Assembly: GCA_043782125.1 (NCBI GenBank) | Contig: JAYWAX010000119.1 | Span: 1 to 41,114 of the forward strand | Reading direction: 5' to 3' | Length of the DNA: 41,114 nucleotides | DNA from: Acetobacteraceae bacterium | Lineage (GTDB): Bacteria; Pseudomonadota; Alphaproteobacteria; Acetobacterales; Acetobacteraceae | In this document: positions 1 through 9,157 of the stretch, piece after piece | How positions within the stretch are numbered: position 1 is the stretch's first letter | How the letters are laid out: each line of letters begins with the position of its first letter | Notes under the pieces: model-generated | The model's database searches: none | What the model was told of the DNA's origin: nothing | The model's input: the letters and a program-made list of their open reading frames with translations, nothing else | Translations under genes and position numbers: made by a program

Positions 1-966
1 TTCACGTATTCCGGCTCCGATCCGCATTTGGCGCTGGAAGCCGCGATCTACGCGCAACGCCAGGCGGAGTATAACTTCAAGCTGGAAGGCTACCGGCAAA
101 AAGCCGACAGCGTGTCGGCGCAAGTGGCGCGTTCCCGGTCCGACGTCGCGGGATACCGGGATCGCCTGAATGTCGCGACGAATCTGGAAAAGATGCGGAT
201 GGAGCTCGACCGGCTTGGCGTCGGCAGCCGGATCAACACCTTGTCGGCGATGGATACCCGCGCCGAAATGCAGAGAAACCTGGATTCCGTCGAACAGGCC
301 GGCCTGGGCGCGCAGCGCGACCTCGCGGCGCTGATCGCGGAACGCAACGGCTATATCCAAAGCTGGCATGCCGACGCGTCGCAGAAATTGGCGGAAGCGA
401 CCGCGAAGCTGTCCGACGCACGCGAATCATTCAACAAAGCGCAGTTGCGGCGCCAATTGGTGGAACTCCGCTCGGAACAGGACGCGACCGTCCTGACCAT
501 CAGCCGTGTCTCGGTGGGCGCCGTGCTGACCGCAGGCCAGCAGTTCATCTCACTGGTCCCGGCCAACGCGCCGCTGGAAGTGGAGGTAAACATCTCCGGC
601 AGCGAAGACGGCTATGTCCACGTCGGCGACACCGTGGCGCTGAAATTCGATACCTTTCCCTACACCCAGTACGGGCTCGCCCATGGGCTGATACGCACCG
701 TGAGCGCGGATAGTTTCACCGCGCAGGACGATCAAAGGAACCCCTCGGGCGCAGTGCCACTTCCGCAATCGTCCGCTCTTGGCACCGTCTGGTTTCGGGC
801 GCGGGTCACACTCGATCGGATCGATCTGCACGACACCCCCAAAGGATTCCGGCTCAGCCCGGGCATGCCGGTCACCGCGGACGTTCTGGTGGGCAAACGA
901 ACCGTGCTGGCCTACTTCCTTGGCCGCGCTTTGCCATTGGTGCACGAAGGCATGCGCGAACCGTGA
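1..966 (+). CDS. HlyD-family type I secretion membrane fusion protein (5' end outside window)
   Basis: Frame is open from base 1. Coiled-coil region, then 'GAVLTAGQQFISLVP', 'KFDTFPYTQYG', 'LSPGMPVTADVLVGKRTVLAYFL...MREP', the typical HlyD/PrtE C-terminus. Confidence 0.93.
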   Translation, partial: FTYSGSDPHLALEAAIYAQRQAEYNFKLEGYRQKADSVSAQVARSRSDVAGYRDRLNVATNLEKMRMELDRLGVGSRINTLSAMDTRAEMQRNLDSVEQAGLGAQRDLAALIAERNGYIQSWHADASQKLAEATAKLSDARESFNKAQLRRQLVELRSEQDATVLTISRVSVGAVLTAGQQFISLVPANAPLEVEVNISGSEDGYVHVGDTVALKFDTFPYTQYGLAHGLIRTVSADSFTAQDDQRNPSGAVPLPQSSALGTVWFRARVTLDRIDLHDTPKGFRLSPGMPVTADVLVGKRTVLAYFLGRALPLVHEGMREP

Positions 967-997
967 GCGTTCCCCTGGTTTCGACGTCGAGGACAGC

Positions 998-2752
998 ATG
1001 AGCCTGCTGGATGTTATGTTCGCGCCATTTTCGGCGACCGCGGCCCTGCGGCGCGCGAGGAAACTAACGGATCGGGGCGACCGGCGGGCTGCCTTCCCGT
1101 TACTGGCGCGGGCCGCCCGGAAAGGCATCGCCGAGGCCGAGTATCGAATTGGCCGCTGTTACCTGGAAGGGGCGGGCGTACCCCCAAGCCGGGGAGAGGG
1201 CGTGCGTTGGCTGGAAAAGGCCGCGACACGCGGCTTCGTGGAAGCGCAGGCGCTTCTGGCGACGCTGTGCCTGAACGGCATGGGGCCCGAGCAAACCGGC
1301 ACGGGGGCGCTGTTCGGGGGACAAACCAATGCGGGCCCCGATTTCGCGACCGCCATGATTTGGGCGCGCCGCGCCGCCGACGGCGGGTCGTCCGACGCCC
1401 AGGCCGTCATGGGCTTCATCCTGGGCTCCGGCCCCGAAAACCTGCGCGACCAAGCCGAGTCCGACCGGTGGTACAAACTATCCGCCGAGGCCGGCTGTCC
1501 GCAGGGACAGCTTGGCTATGCGTTGGTCCTCGCGCGCGACGTCAGCGACATCGCGGTGCAGGAACGTCTTGTCGTGCATCTGAAAGCTGCCGCGGAAAAA
1601 GGGCTGGCCACGGCGCTGTTTCTGTACGGGATGATGCACGACCGCGGCATTGGCGCCCCGAAGGATCCGGCCGAAGCGGCGCGGCTGTTTCAGCAGGCGG
1701 CCGAAAAGGGCCACGTGTCGTCGCAGGCGAAATACGGTTTCGCCCTGCTGCGCGGCATCGGCGTCGATCGAAACGCGACCGAGGGCGAATCCTGGCTGCG
1801 CCGCGCCGCTTTGGCCGGTGACCCGGAAGCCGCCGCGCTCGTGGGCGACATTTACGCGAAGGGCGGCGCCTTACCACCCAACTACGCCGAAGCCGCGATG
1901 TGGTTTCGCCGGGCGGTCGATGCCGGACACAAGGGCGCAGCGCGCGCGTTGGCCATGTTGCATTTGACCGGCTCCGGCGTGCCCCGCGACCAGGACGAGG
2001 CAGCGCGACTGTTCCGAACCGCGGCACAGGCAGGCGATACCAGTTCTCATGCCGATCTTGGGAACCTGTTGCTGAAGGGGCATGGCGATCAGCAGGACTC
2101 GATCCTGACCCGCGAATGGTTCGAACAGGCGGCGAAGTCGGGCGACCTGATCGCGGCGTTTAACTTTGGCGTTTGCCTGGCCGAAGGCGTCGGCATCGAG
2201 CGCGACGATCGCAAAGCCGCAGAATGGTTGCGCCGCGCCGCCGACGGCGTGGTCAACGCCCAATATTGGTACGGGCGGATGCTGGTTGAAGGCCGCGGGG
2301 TCGATAAGAACGCCGAGGAAGGCCGGGCCTGGGTCGCGCGCGCCGCCGAAGTCGGAATGATCGAGGCACAGGTGATGCTGGCGGATATGCAACTGAATGG
2401 CATCGGCGGCCCGAAAGACCATCCCGCGGCGTTGGTATTGTTCAATAAGGCCGCCGACTCCGGCCATGTCGGCGCGATGTTCGCCACCGGCGCCATGTTG
2501 GGCGGCGGACACGATGTGCCGATGGATCGGGCCGCAGCCCAGACCTGGTATCGCGCCGGCGCGGAGCGCGGGCACCCATACGCGCAGATGATGTTGGGAC
2601 GGTTCCTGCTGCGCGCCGTGGCGGGGGAGCAAAACCTCGTGGAAGCCCGATTCTGGTTGGAACGCGCGGCGGCGCAGGGATTGCAGGACGCGAAAGCCGA
2701 TCTCGCCTCCATGCCACCCGCTCCCGCGGAAAATGTCGCCGAGGCGGTCTGA
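998..2752 (+). CDS. Sel1-like repeat (SLR) protein with more than 10 repeats
   Basis: Repeated ~36-aa units such as 'AEYRIGRCYLEGAGVPPSRGEGVRWLEKAATRG' and 'AAFNFGVCLAEGVGIERDDRKAAEWLRRAA'. ATG at 998 follows GAGGA (989-993); the upstream part of the 779 ORF overlaps the HlyD gene. Confidence 0.92.
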   Translation: MSLLDVMFAPFSATAALRRARKLTDRGDRRAAFPLLARAARKGIAEAEYRIGRCYLEGAGVPPSRGEGVRWLEKAATRGFVEAQALLATLCLNGMGPEQTGTGALFGGQTNAGPDFATAMIWARRAADGGSSDAQAVMGFILGSGPENLRDQAESDRWYKLSAEAGCPQGQLGYALVLARDVSDIAVQERLVVHLKAAAEKGLATALFLYGMMHDRGIGAPKDPAEAARLFQQAAEKGHVSSQAKYGFALLRGIGVDRNATEGESWLRRAALAGDPEAAALVGDIYAKGGALPPNYAEAAMWFRRAVDAGHKGAARALAMLHLTGSGVPRDQDEAARLFRTAAQAGDTSSHADLGNLLLKGHGDQQDSILTREWFEQAAKSGDLIAAFNFGVCLAEGVGIERDDRKAAEWLRRAADGVVNAQYWYGRMLVEGRGVDKNAEEGRAWVARAAEVGMIEAQVMLADMQLNGIGGPKDHPAALVLFNKAADSGHVGAMFATGAMLGGGHDVPMDRAAAQTWYRAGAERGHPYAQMMLGRFLLRAVAGEQNLVEARFWLERAAAQGLQDAKADLASMPPAPAENVAEAV

Positions 2753-2774
2753 CGTTCAACCCGCGCGAGGCTGC

Positions 2775-5531
2775 GTGACCGAAGCCGCCGAAATCGTCCG
2801 CCTGACCGCGCAGGTCGCCGACGCCTTCGCCCGCGGACAGCGTGCCTTGGACCAGCACGACAAACGCGAAGCCATCAAATGGCTGGACCGCGCGCACCGG
2901 CTGGCGCCGAAGGAGAATCTCGTTTCTCTCGCGCTGGCATCCGCCCTGTTGGCGGAAGACACCGCGCGTGCGGCCCTGTTGTTTCAGGATCTCGTCGAGA
3001 GCACCGGCATACAAGACGCACGGCTCGGGCTGATCGCCGCCCGGTTTCTGACCGGCGATATCGCGGGAGCCCGCCAGGCCTTGGCGGCGGCGCTGAGCCA
3101 ACAAGTGCCCAGAGCGGACCTCGCGGACCTCGCCGATCGCGTGGTCCAGGCCGCCGGAGCCCCGGGTTGGTGCGGATTCAACCAGGACGGCACTGTCGCT
3201 GTCCATGCGCTCGTGTCGACGCCGCTCGATATGCGCATCGACGGGGTTGCCTTCGCAGGCATTTTCACGCCGGAAACCGCGCGCACCGCGGATCGTGTGA
3301 CCATCATGTCCCGCGGCACGCATTTAATCGGTAGCCCGCTGTGCCCACAGGCGATCTGGCGGGTGCAGGGATTTGTCGAAGAAACAGGGAACGGCCTGCG
3401 CGGCTGGGCCTGGCATCCCAATAATCCCGATGCCGACCCTGTTCTGACCGTCGAAACCCGGCGCGGCCGGGCGGCCATTATCCTGTCCAAAACCGAGGAG
3501 AATATTCCCGGTTTACCCCCGCTCGCCCGCCCCCATGTCTTCTGCTTTCCGTGGCGCGACCTTCCCGGCGGTCAGGCACAAATTCATGTGCGCAACCGCA
3601 ACGGGCTCGACCTGGTGGGGAGCCCCCTGCTTCCACTCTCAGCTTCCCCGGAGCCCCTGCGCGACCCGGCGGCAGCGCCACCATCCGCCATTCCGCCGGT
3701 GCGCGAGGCCGTGGTCATTGTCACCGGACGAACGGACGATCGGTCTGATCCCCTGGCACTGGATTGTCCGGGCGAACCACTCGTCATGGCACGCGGCGGC
3801 GACATCGGCGCGGCGGCGTCCAAATGGCCGGATCGCGATCTGATCTTGCTGGCGGAAGGCGCCGTCCCGCCGCCGGGTTGGCTGGCGCGCCTGCGGACCG
3901 CAGCCTACGCCCATCCAGCCATCGGCACCGTCACACCCTTCTCCAACCTGGGCATCGCGGCATACCCCGGCCCGGACACAACCCGCCTGACCTGGTTTGG
4001 CTTATCTCCGGCGCGCCTTGACCGGCTCGCCCAACGCGCGAACGGCAGCCGGGCCGTGGCGCTTCCCGTCGCGGGCGGTCCCTGCGTTTTCATACGCCGC
4101 GATTGTTTCGATAGCGCCGGCTCTCGCAACGCCTTGAAATTCAACCAGGGATTGGCAGCGCTCTGCGAGTCAACGGCGGCCGCGGGGTGGCGGCATGTCG
4201 CGTTACCCGGGTTGTTTGTGGCGCAAACGATCGATGCGGCGCCGGATGCCGCCTGGACCGCGCTGGCCGCGCGCACTGCCCAGATTCTGGACCGCCTTCA
4301 TCCGGAACTGACGGTCGAGATGGACGCGTTCCGCAAGGCCGATCCGCTCGCGGCGGCGCGGCGGCGGTTCGATCGGGTCAGATGGGGAACCGCCAAACGC
4401 CCGTCGGCCATTCTGGTCACGCACGACGATGGCGGTGGCGTGGAGCGTCAGGTCCAGGAATCCGCCGTCTTGCATGCCGCGAACGGACGCCGCGCCGTCA
4501 TCGTCCGCCCCAGGCGATTGCCATCCGGCGAGGCCGGGGTAACGATCGGCGACGGCGCGGACCGGCTTTACCCAAACCTGACCTTCGCCCTGCCGCGCGA
4601 AAAACTTGCTTTCGCCCGGTTTCTGCGCGGCACGCGTCCCGAAGCGGTCGAACTGCATCACTTCCTGAACCACGACTCCTCCGCGATCGAGGCCATTTGT
4701 GCTCTGGGTGTGCCGTACGACGTCCACATTCACGATTTTATCTGGTTTTGTCCCCGGATCGCCCTGGTCGGGCGGGGCGGCCGGTATTGCGGGGAACCGG
4801 CGCCATCGGCCTGCGAAGCCTGCGTCGCCGAAACCGGCACTTACCTGCATGAAGCGATTCCGGTGCCCGCACTGCTGGCACGATCGCGCGCGATATTGCA
4901 GGACGCGCGCCAGGTCGTCGCGCCGTCTCGCGACACCGCCCGCCGCATGCGCCGCCACTTTCCGGGACTGCCCATTCGCGTGGTGCCACACGAAAACGAT
5001 CGCACCCTGACCAGCCCGCCGCCGGTGCCCCAGATCGCAGGAACCGTGCGCATCTGTGTCGCGGGCGCGATCGGACTGCACAAAGGCTACCACATCCTGC
5101 TCGCCTGCGCCCGGAATGCGCGGGAGCGCGGGTTGGACCTCACGTTCACGGTAGCGGGCACGACCATCGACGACCAGAGTTTGCTCGATACCGGTCGCGC
5201 GTTCGTGACCGGCCCCTACCGGCCAGAGGAGGCCGTGAACCTGATCCGGGCGCAAAACGCGGCGATGGCGTTTTTGCCGTCGATCTGGCCAGAGACCTGG
5301 AATCTGGGGCTGACCGAATTGTGGCGTGCCGGTCTGCGGGTGGCCGCCTTCGACATTGGCGCGCCGGCGGAGCGCATTCGCCAAAGCGGCCGCGGAATGC
5401 TCCTACCGCTCGACCTGCCGCCAGGTGAGATCAACGATGCGTTTTTGCATGCGGCCAAGGGCGATCTTTTCTTCCGATCCGCTGCCCTTCGGCCTACAAG
5501 CCTTTCCAGCGATGCAACCCTGAGTAAGTGA
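2775..5531 (+). CDS. Multidomain glycosyltransferase: TPR-like N-terminus, degenerate GT2-like segment, C-terminal GT4 (GT-B)
   Basis: GTG at 2775 after GAGG. 'EAIKWLDRAHRLAP' (TPR-like), 'GWLARLRTAAYAHPAIGTVTPFSN' (GT2-like), 'THDDGGGVERQV', 'HIHDFIWFCPR', 'HKGYHIL', 'PSIWPETWNLGLTE', 'FDIGAPAERI' (GT4). Confidence 0.88.
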   Translation: MTEAAEIVRLTAQVADAFARGQRALDQHDKREAIKWLDRAHRLAPKENLVSLALASALLAEDTARAALLFQDLVESTGIQDARLGLIAARFLTGDIAGARQALAAALSQQVPRADLADLADRVVQAAGAPGWCGFNQDGTVAVHALVSTPLDMRIDGVAFAGIFTPETARTADRVTIMSRGTHLIGSPLCPQAIWRVQGFVEETGNGLRGWAWHPNNPDADPVLTVETRRGRAAIILSKTEENIPGLPPLARPHVFCFPWRDLPGGQAQIHVRNRNGLDLVGSPLLPLSASPEPLRDPAAAPPSAIPPVREAVVIVTGRTDDRSDPLALDCPGEPLVMARGGDIGAAASKWPDRDLILLAEGAVPPPGWLARLRTAAYAHPAIGTVTPFSNLGIAAYPGPDTTRLTWFGLSPARLDRLAQRANGSRAVALPVAGGPCVFIRRDCFDSAGSRNALKFNQGLAALCESTAAAGWRHVALPGLFVAQTIDAAPDAAWTALAARTAQILDRLHPELTVEMDAFRKADPLAAARRRFDRVRWGTAKRPSAILVTHDDGGGVERQVQESAVLHAANGRRAVIVRPRRLPSGEAGVTIGDGADRLYPNLTFALPREKLAFARFLRGTRPEAVELHHFLNHDSSAIEAICALGVPYDVHIHDFIWFCPRIALVGRGGRYCGEPAPSACEACVAETGTYLHEAIPVPALLARSRAILQDARQVVAPSRDTARRMRRHFPGLPIRVVPHENDRTLTSPPPVPQIAGTVRICVAGAIGLHKGYHILLACARNARERGLDLTFTVAGTTIDDQSLLDTGRAFVTGPYRPEEAVNLIRAQNAAMAFLPSIWPETWNLGLTELWRAGLRVAAFDIGAPAERIRQSGRGMLLPLDLPPGEINDAFLHAAKGDLFFRSAALRPTSLSSDATLSK

Positions 5532-5602
5532 GACGCCGCATGCCTCCTGCCGCCGACGCGCTTCAAAGTCACACAGAAGCAAGCGAGATTCCCGCAGGGA
5601 AC

Positions 5603-6544
5603 ATGCGCGACGAGAACACGTCCCCCCAGGACGCACCCAACCGCAACGCGCCCAATGGCGGAGGAGCGCCCGACGCGGCAAAGCGCATCACGGAGTTGCG
5701 CGTGTCCGCCAACCTGATGACGCTGGATACCGGGATCTTCTGCGTGTTTCCGTCGCCGGGAAGCCCCGTGCCCGATCCCCTGACGGGCCTCCCCGGTGTG
5801 CGCGTGACCGTCTGTCCCGGTTTGGCCGGCCGGCCGGACGCGGTGAGTATCAGTACGTTTCGCGACGACGGGTGGCTGGATAACACCGCCGCCCTGGTGC
5901 GCGTCACGGACGGCCCGGCGCAGGTACTCGTCACGATTTACCAGGCCGCCGGACCTGGCGCCGATCTGGCGCCCCGGCTTCAGGTTCTCCGCCTGTCCAG
6001 CGACGGCATGGCGCCGCAACCCGAAATGCCCGCCGCTGCGCCCGCGGGCCGGGAACCGGATGTAATGGCGCATGTTCAGGCCACCGGAGACGTGCCCGGT
6101 CAGTTCGGAGACTGGATTGGCAAGCGTGGCAGCCGCGCGTGGATCGAGGGCTTTGGCGTCACCGACAAGGGGCCGATCGCGGCGGGCGATATGGAATATC
6201 AAGGCGTCCTCGGCCGCGGCTGGCTGTCGCCCTGGGTCGATAACGGCAAGTTCTGCGGCAGTCGCGGCATGGCCCTGCCACTGCTTGGCCTGAATGTGCG
6301 CCTGAAGGGCGAAGCGGCGAACCAATACACTGCCCGTTATTCGGCGACCTTCGTCGATGGCAGTGCCGTGGGACCGATCGAGGAGGGAAACAGTTGCGAG
6401 TCACCCGGCCTCGCCGCATTGGAATCGTTCCTGATCGAACTGGTGCCGAAAACCGGCGCCGCCTCGGCCGACCGGAGCGGAACCGGACGGGCGGCGACCA
6501 GAGCCACCGCGCCCAGAGCCCCGATCCGCCCAGGCCGCCGCTGA
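5603..6544 (+). CDS. Hypothetical protein with ChW (clostridial hydrophobic W)-like repeats in the C-terminal half
   Basis: 'MAHVQATGDVPGQFGDWIGKRGSRAWIEGF' and 'GWLSPWVDNGKFCGSRGMALPLLGLNVRL' resemble the ChW pattern HVQxxGWxxWVxxGxxxGTxGxxxxxEAxxIxL. ATG at 5603 follows CAGGGA; 5540 is an alternative start. Confidence 0.7.
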   Translation: MRDENTSPQDAPNRNAPNGGGAPDAAKRITELRVSANLMTLDTGIFCVFPSPGSPVPDPLTGLPGVRVTVCPGLAGRPDAVSISTFRDDGWLDNTAALVRVTDGPAQVLVTIYQAAGPGADLAPRLQVLRLSSDGMAPQPEMPAAAPAGREPDVMAHVQATGDVPGQFGDWIGKRGSRAWIEGFGVTDKGPIAAGDMEYQGVLGRGWLSPWVDNGKFCGSRGMALPLLGLNVRLKGEAANQYTARYSATFVDGSAVGPIEEGNSCESPGLAALESFLIELVPKTGAASADRSGTGRAATRATAPRAPIRPGRR

Positions 6545-6585
6545 ACCGCCGACCTGACACCGCCGGCCCGATCTGGGAACGCGTT

Positions 6586-7869
6586 TTGAAATTCTTGTTC
6601 GTCCACCAGAACTTTCCTGGCCAGTTCGTCCATATTCTTCGCCATTTGGTGAAGATGGGCGGCCATGAGATCGTCTTCGTCACGGAACCGAACACGAATC
6701 ACATCGAGGGTGTCCGCAAGGTTCCCTATATGAAACCCCGCCCGGCCTTCGTGGAAACCCATATTGCCGCGCGGGAACTGGATATCGCGGCCCGCCGCGC
6801 CGACATCGTGGCCACCACCGCGCGCACCCTACGGGAACTGGGTTTCACGCCGGACATCGTGATCGGCCACGCGGGGTGGGGCGAAATGCTGAACCTCGTC
6901 GATGTCTGGCCGAACGTTCCCTCGATCCGCTATATGGAGTTCTATTACCGGACGGATGGCGCGGACGTGATCTTCGATCCGGAGTTTCCGATCGATCCGT
7001 CCGATTATCCGCGTATTCGCGCGAAAAACGCCGTCAATCATCTTTCGCTGGATCAGGACGGCCTTGGCGTCTCGCCCACCCAGTGGCAGCTATCGACCTA
7101 TCCGGATTGGGCACGGTCCCGGATCGATCTGCTGTGGGAAGGTGTGGATCTGGAAATGTGTTCGCCCGATGCGTCGGTGCGGGAAAAATCGCTCACGATC
7201 GGCGATCTCTCGATCGAACCCGAGGATCTGCTGGTCACCTACGTCACCCGCGATCTGGAACCGTATCGGGGCGTGCATCCGATGATCCGCGCTTTGCCCG
7301 ATTTGTTGCAGGCACGAAAGAACATCAAGGTCGCGATGGTGGGCGGAACCGGCGTCAGTTATGGCTCTCCGCCCCCGGATGGCGGCAACTGGCGGGACAG
7401 GTTTCTGCGGGAAGTGGAAGGCCGGATCGATCCAACCCGCATCGTTTTTCCGGGCCGGATCCCTTACCAGGCATACATCTCCATGCTGCGCCGGTCCGAC
7501 GCGCACGTGTACCTGACCTATCCGTTCGTCGCGTCGTGGTCGTTGCGGGAAGCCATGGCAATCGGCTGCGCCATCGTCGGCAGCGATACCGCACCGGTGC
7601 GTGAGTTCATCACGCATCGTAAAACCGGCTTGCTGACATCGTTCTTCGACCCGCCGGCCCTCGCCGCCGCGGTGCTGGAAGTTCTGGAAAACAAGAAACT
7701 CGCGCGCAGCCTGCGCAAAAACGCCCGGCTTTACGCGGAACGCCATCTGGGTATGGACGATTACCTGCGCGTGTTTTCGGATAAGATCGAGACCCTGACA
7801 GGCCTGTCCCTGTTGGTTCCGGAAACGCGCCCAGGCCCGGCCGCGAAAAGCCGCCGGGCCAGGCGCTAA
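6586..7869 (+). CDS. GT4 glycosyltransferase with Glyco_trans_4_3-type N-terminus
   Basis: TTG start then 'KFLFVHQNFPGQF', 'PDIVIGHAGWGE', 'RDLEPYRG', 'HVYLTYPFVASWSLREAMAIG'. Confidence 0.9.
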   Translation: MKFLFVHQNFPGQFVHILRHLVKMGGHEIVFVTEPNTNHIEGVRKVPYMKPRPAFVETHIAARELDIAARRADIVATTARTLRELGFTPDIVIGHAGWGEMLNLVDVWPNVPSIRYMEFYYRTDGADVIFDPEFPIDPSDYPRIRAKNAVNHLSLDQDGLGVSPTQWQLSTYPDWARSRIDLLWEGVDLEMCSPDASVREKSLTIGDLSIEPEDLLVTYVTRDLEPYRGVHPMIRALPDLLQARKNIKVAMVGGTGVSYGSPPPDGGNWRDRFLREVEGRIDPTRIVFPGRIPYQAYISMLRRSDAHVYLTYPFVASWSLREAMAIGCAIVGSDTAPVREFITHRKTGLLTSFFDPPALAAAVLEVLENKKLARSLRKNARLYAERHLGMDDYLRVFSDKIETLTGLSLLVPETRPGPAAKSRRARR

Positions 7870-7872
7870 CGG

Positions 7873-8637
7873 CTATTTTCCGGCGGCGCGCGCCTGCGCC
7901 ACGACCCGCGCCAGCTCCGCCGCGCCAACCGCGCCCGGCAGCACGTCGTCGCCAATGACCATCGCGGGCGTGCCCTGGATGCTCAACAGGTGCGCCAGCC
8001 GCAAGTTCGCGTCGATCTGCGCCTGAACCGGGGCACTGTCCATGTCCGCGAGCAACCGCTGTGTATCCAAACCAAGTCTTTTCGCCGTCGCCTCCAACGA
8101 GGCGCGCGAGATATCGGACGGGTTGCGCATGACCGCCTCCCGCATTTTCTCATAGGCATTCTGCTTGTGCGCGGCGAGCAACGCCTTCGACCCGAGCACG
8201 CTGGCAGCGCCCAAAATCGGCAAATCCTTATAAACCAGCCGCACATCGCGATCCTGGGCCAGGAAAGCGGTCATTTCGGGGTCCAGCTTATGGCAATAAG
8301 GGCAGCGGACATCGAAGAACTCGACGATCGTGATCTTCCCGGCGGGGTTCCCCCCGACCGGATCGTTCGGCGTGACCAGCACATCCCGCGCGGCGGCCAA
8401 GGCAGCGCGGGCAGCGGATCGCTCCCGCTCGCCGTCGTCGTTTTGCAGGGCCGCCACGGCATCGCGCAGAATCGCCGGATCGGTCCGCAGCGCGTCGCGC
8501 AGGATCGACACGATTTCCGCCCGTTGGGCTGGCGTGAACTCCGCGGCCGTCGCGGCCACGGCAAAGGGCGACGCTGGCGTCAGCAGCAGCAACGCGGCGA
8601 ACGGCACCGCCGCCGGGGCGTGGAAAGGGAGCCTCAT
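7873..8637 (-). CDS. DsbA-family thiol:disulfide oxidoreductase (Com1/ScsC-like), exported
   Basis: Signal peptide, N-terminal helical extension, 'VEFFDVRCPYC', 'KDLPILG', cis-Pro loop 'IQGTPA'. Confidence 0.92.
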   Translation of the reverse strand: MRLPFHAPAAVPFAALLLLTPASPFAVAATAAEFTPAQRAEIVSILRDALRTDPAILRDAVAALQNDDGERERSAARAALAAARDVLVTPNDPVGGNPAGKITIVEFFDVRCPYCHKLDPEMTAFLAQDRDVRLVYKDLPILGAASVLGSKALLAAHKQNAYEKMREAVMRNPSDISRASLEATAKRLGLDTQRLLADMDSAPVQAQIDANLRLAHLLSIQGTPAMVIGDDVLPGAVGAAELARVVAQARAAGK

Positions 8638-8717
8638 GGTCGGGATTCTTTTCTGACGGTGTTCGGGGACAGGTCAACTTTAACAGATTCCCGGGCGGCG
8701 CGAAGGGTTCAACAGGT

Positions 8718-8976
8718 CAGCCGGCCATTCCCGCGTGGCAAGGCAAACGCTTGAACGGCACCGCTGTGCCTCTGCCCGTCATGGCACGGCTCGACCGGGC
8801 CATCCGGAGCGGCAACACCTCGCGACGGAGGGCACCGAATGGTCCCAGGCGGCGATGTCTTCGGAAACGGAGCCGCCGTCGCCGGTGCCGATGGCACGGT
8901 CGAGCCGTGTCATGACGGAGAACGGCGCGCCGCCACATGCAAGCGATTGCCCTGTCCCGCGGGGAACATCCGGTTG
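8718..8976. repeat. Nested inverted-repeat (REP/REPIN/MITE-like) element between divergent genes
   Basis: Inner arms 8776-8804 CCGTCATGGCACGGCTCGACCGGGCCATC and 8890-8918 are reverse complements with 2 mismatches. Outer imperfect arms lie at about 8721-8753 and 8940-8973. The same inner arm recurs at 20154, 20348 and 20443-20480. Confidence 0.85.
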
Positions 8977-9157
8977 CCGCTGCCCCCGAACGCGTTTAAG
9001 GCATTTTCCTGTATCGGCGCGGCGCGAACCGGCCCCGGCGAAATGCGCCCGGAGGCAGGCCTGCGTGAACGGAAATTTCGCGTCGGTTACCGGAGAGAGC
9101 ACAGACCGCACGCCGGATCGCGCAGCCGGGCAACAGATTTAAGGACCAGAGACGGGA

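Noticed and set aside
8709-9142. Short ORFs across the palindromic element (also 20072-20623)
   Set aside because: They are translations of the repeat ('MARSSR', 'GPVEPCHD' recur at both loci) with no RBS or family support.
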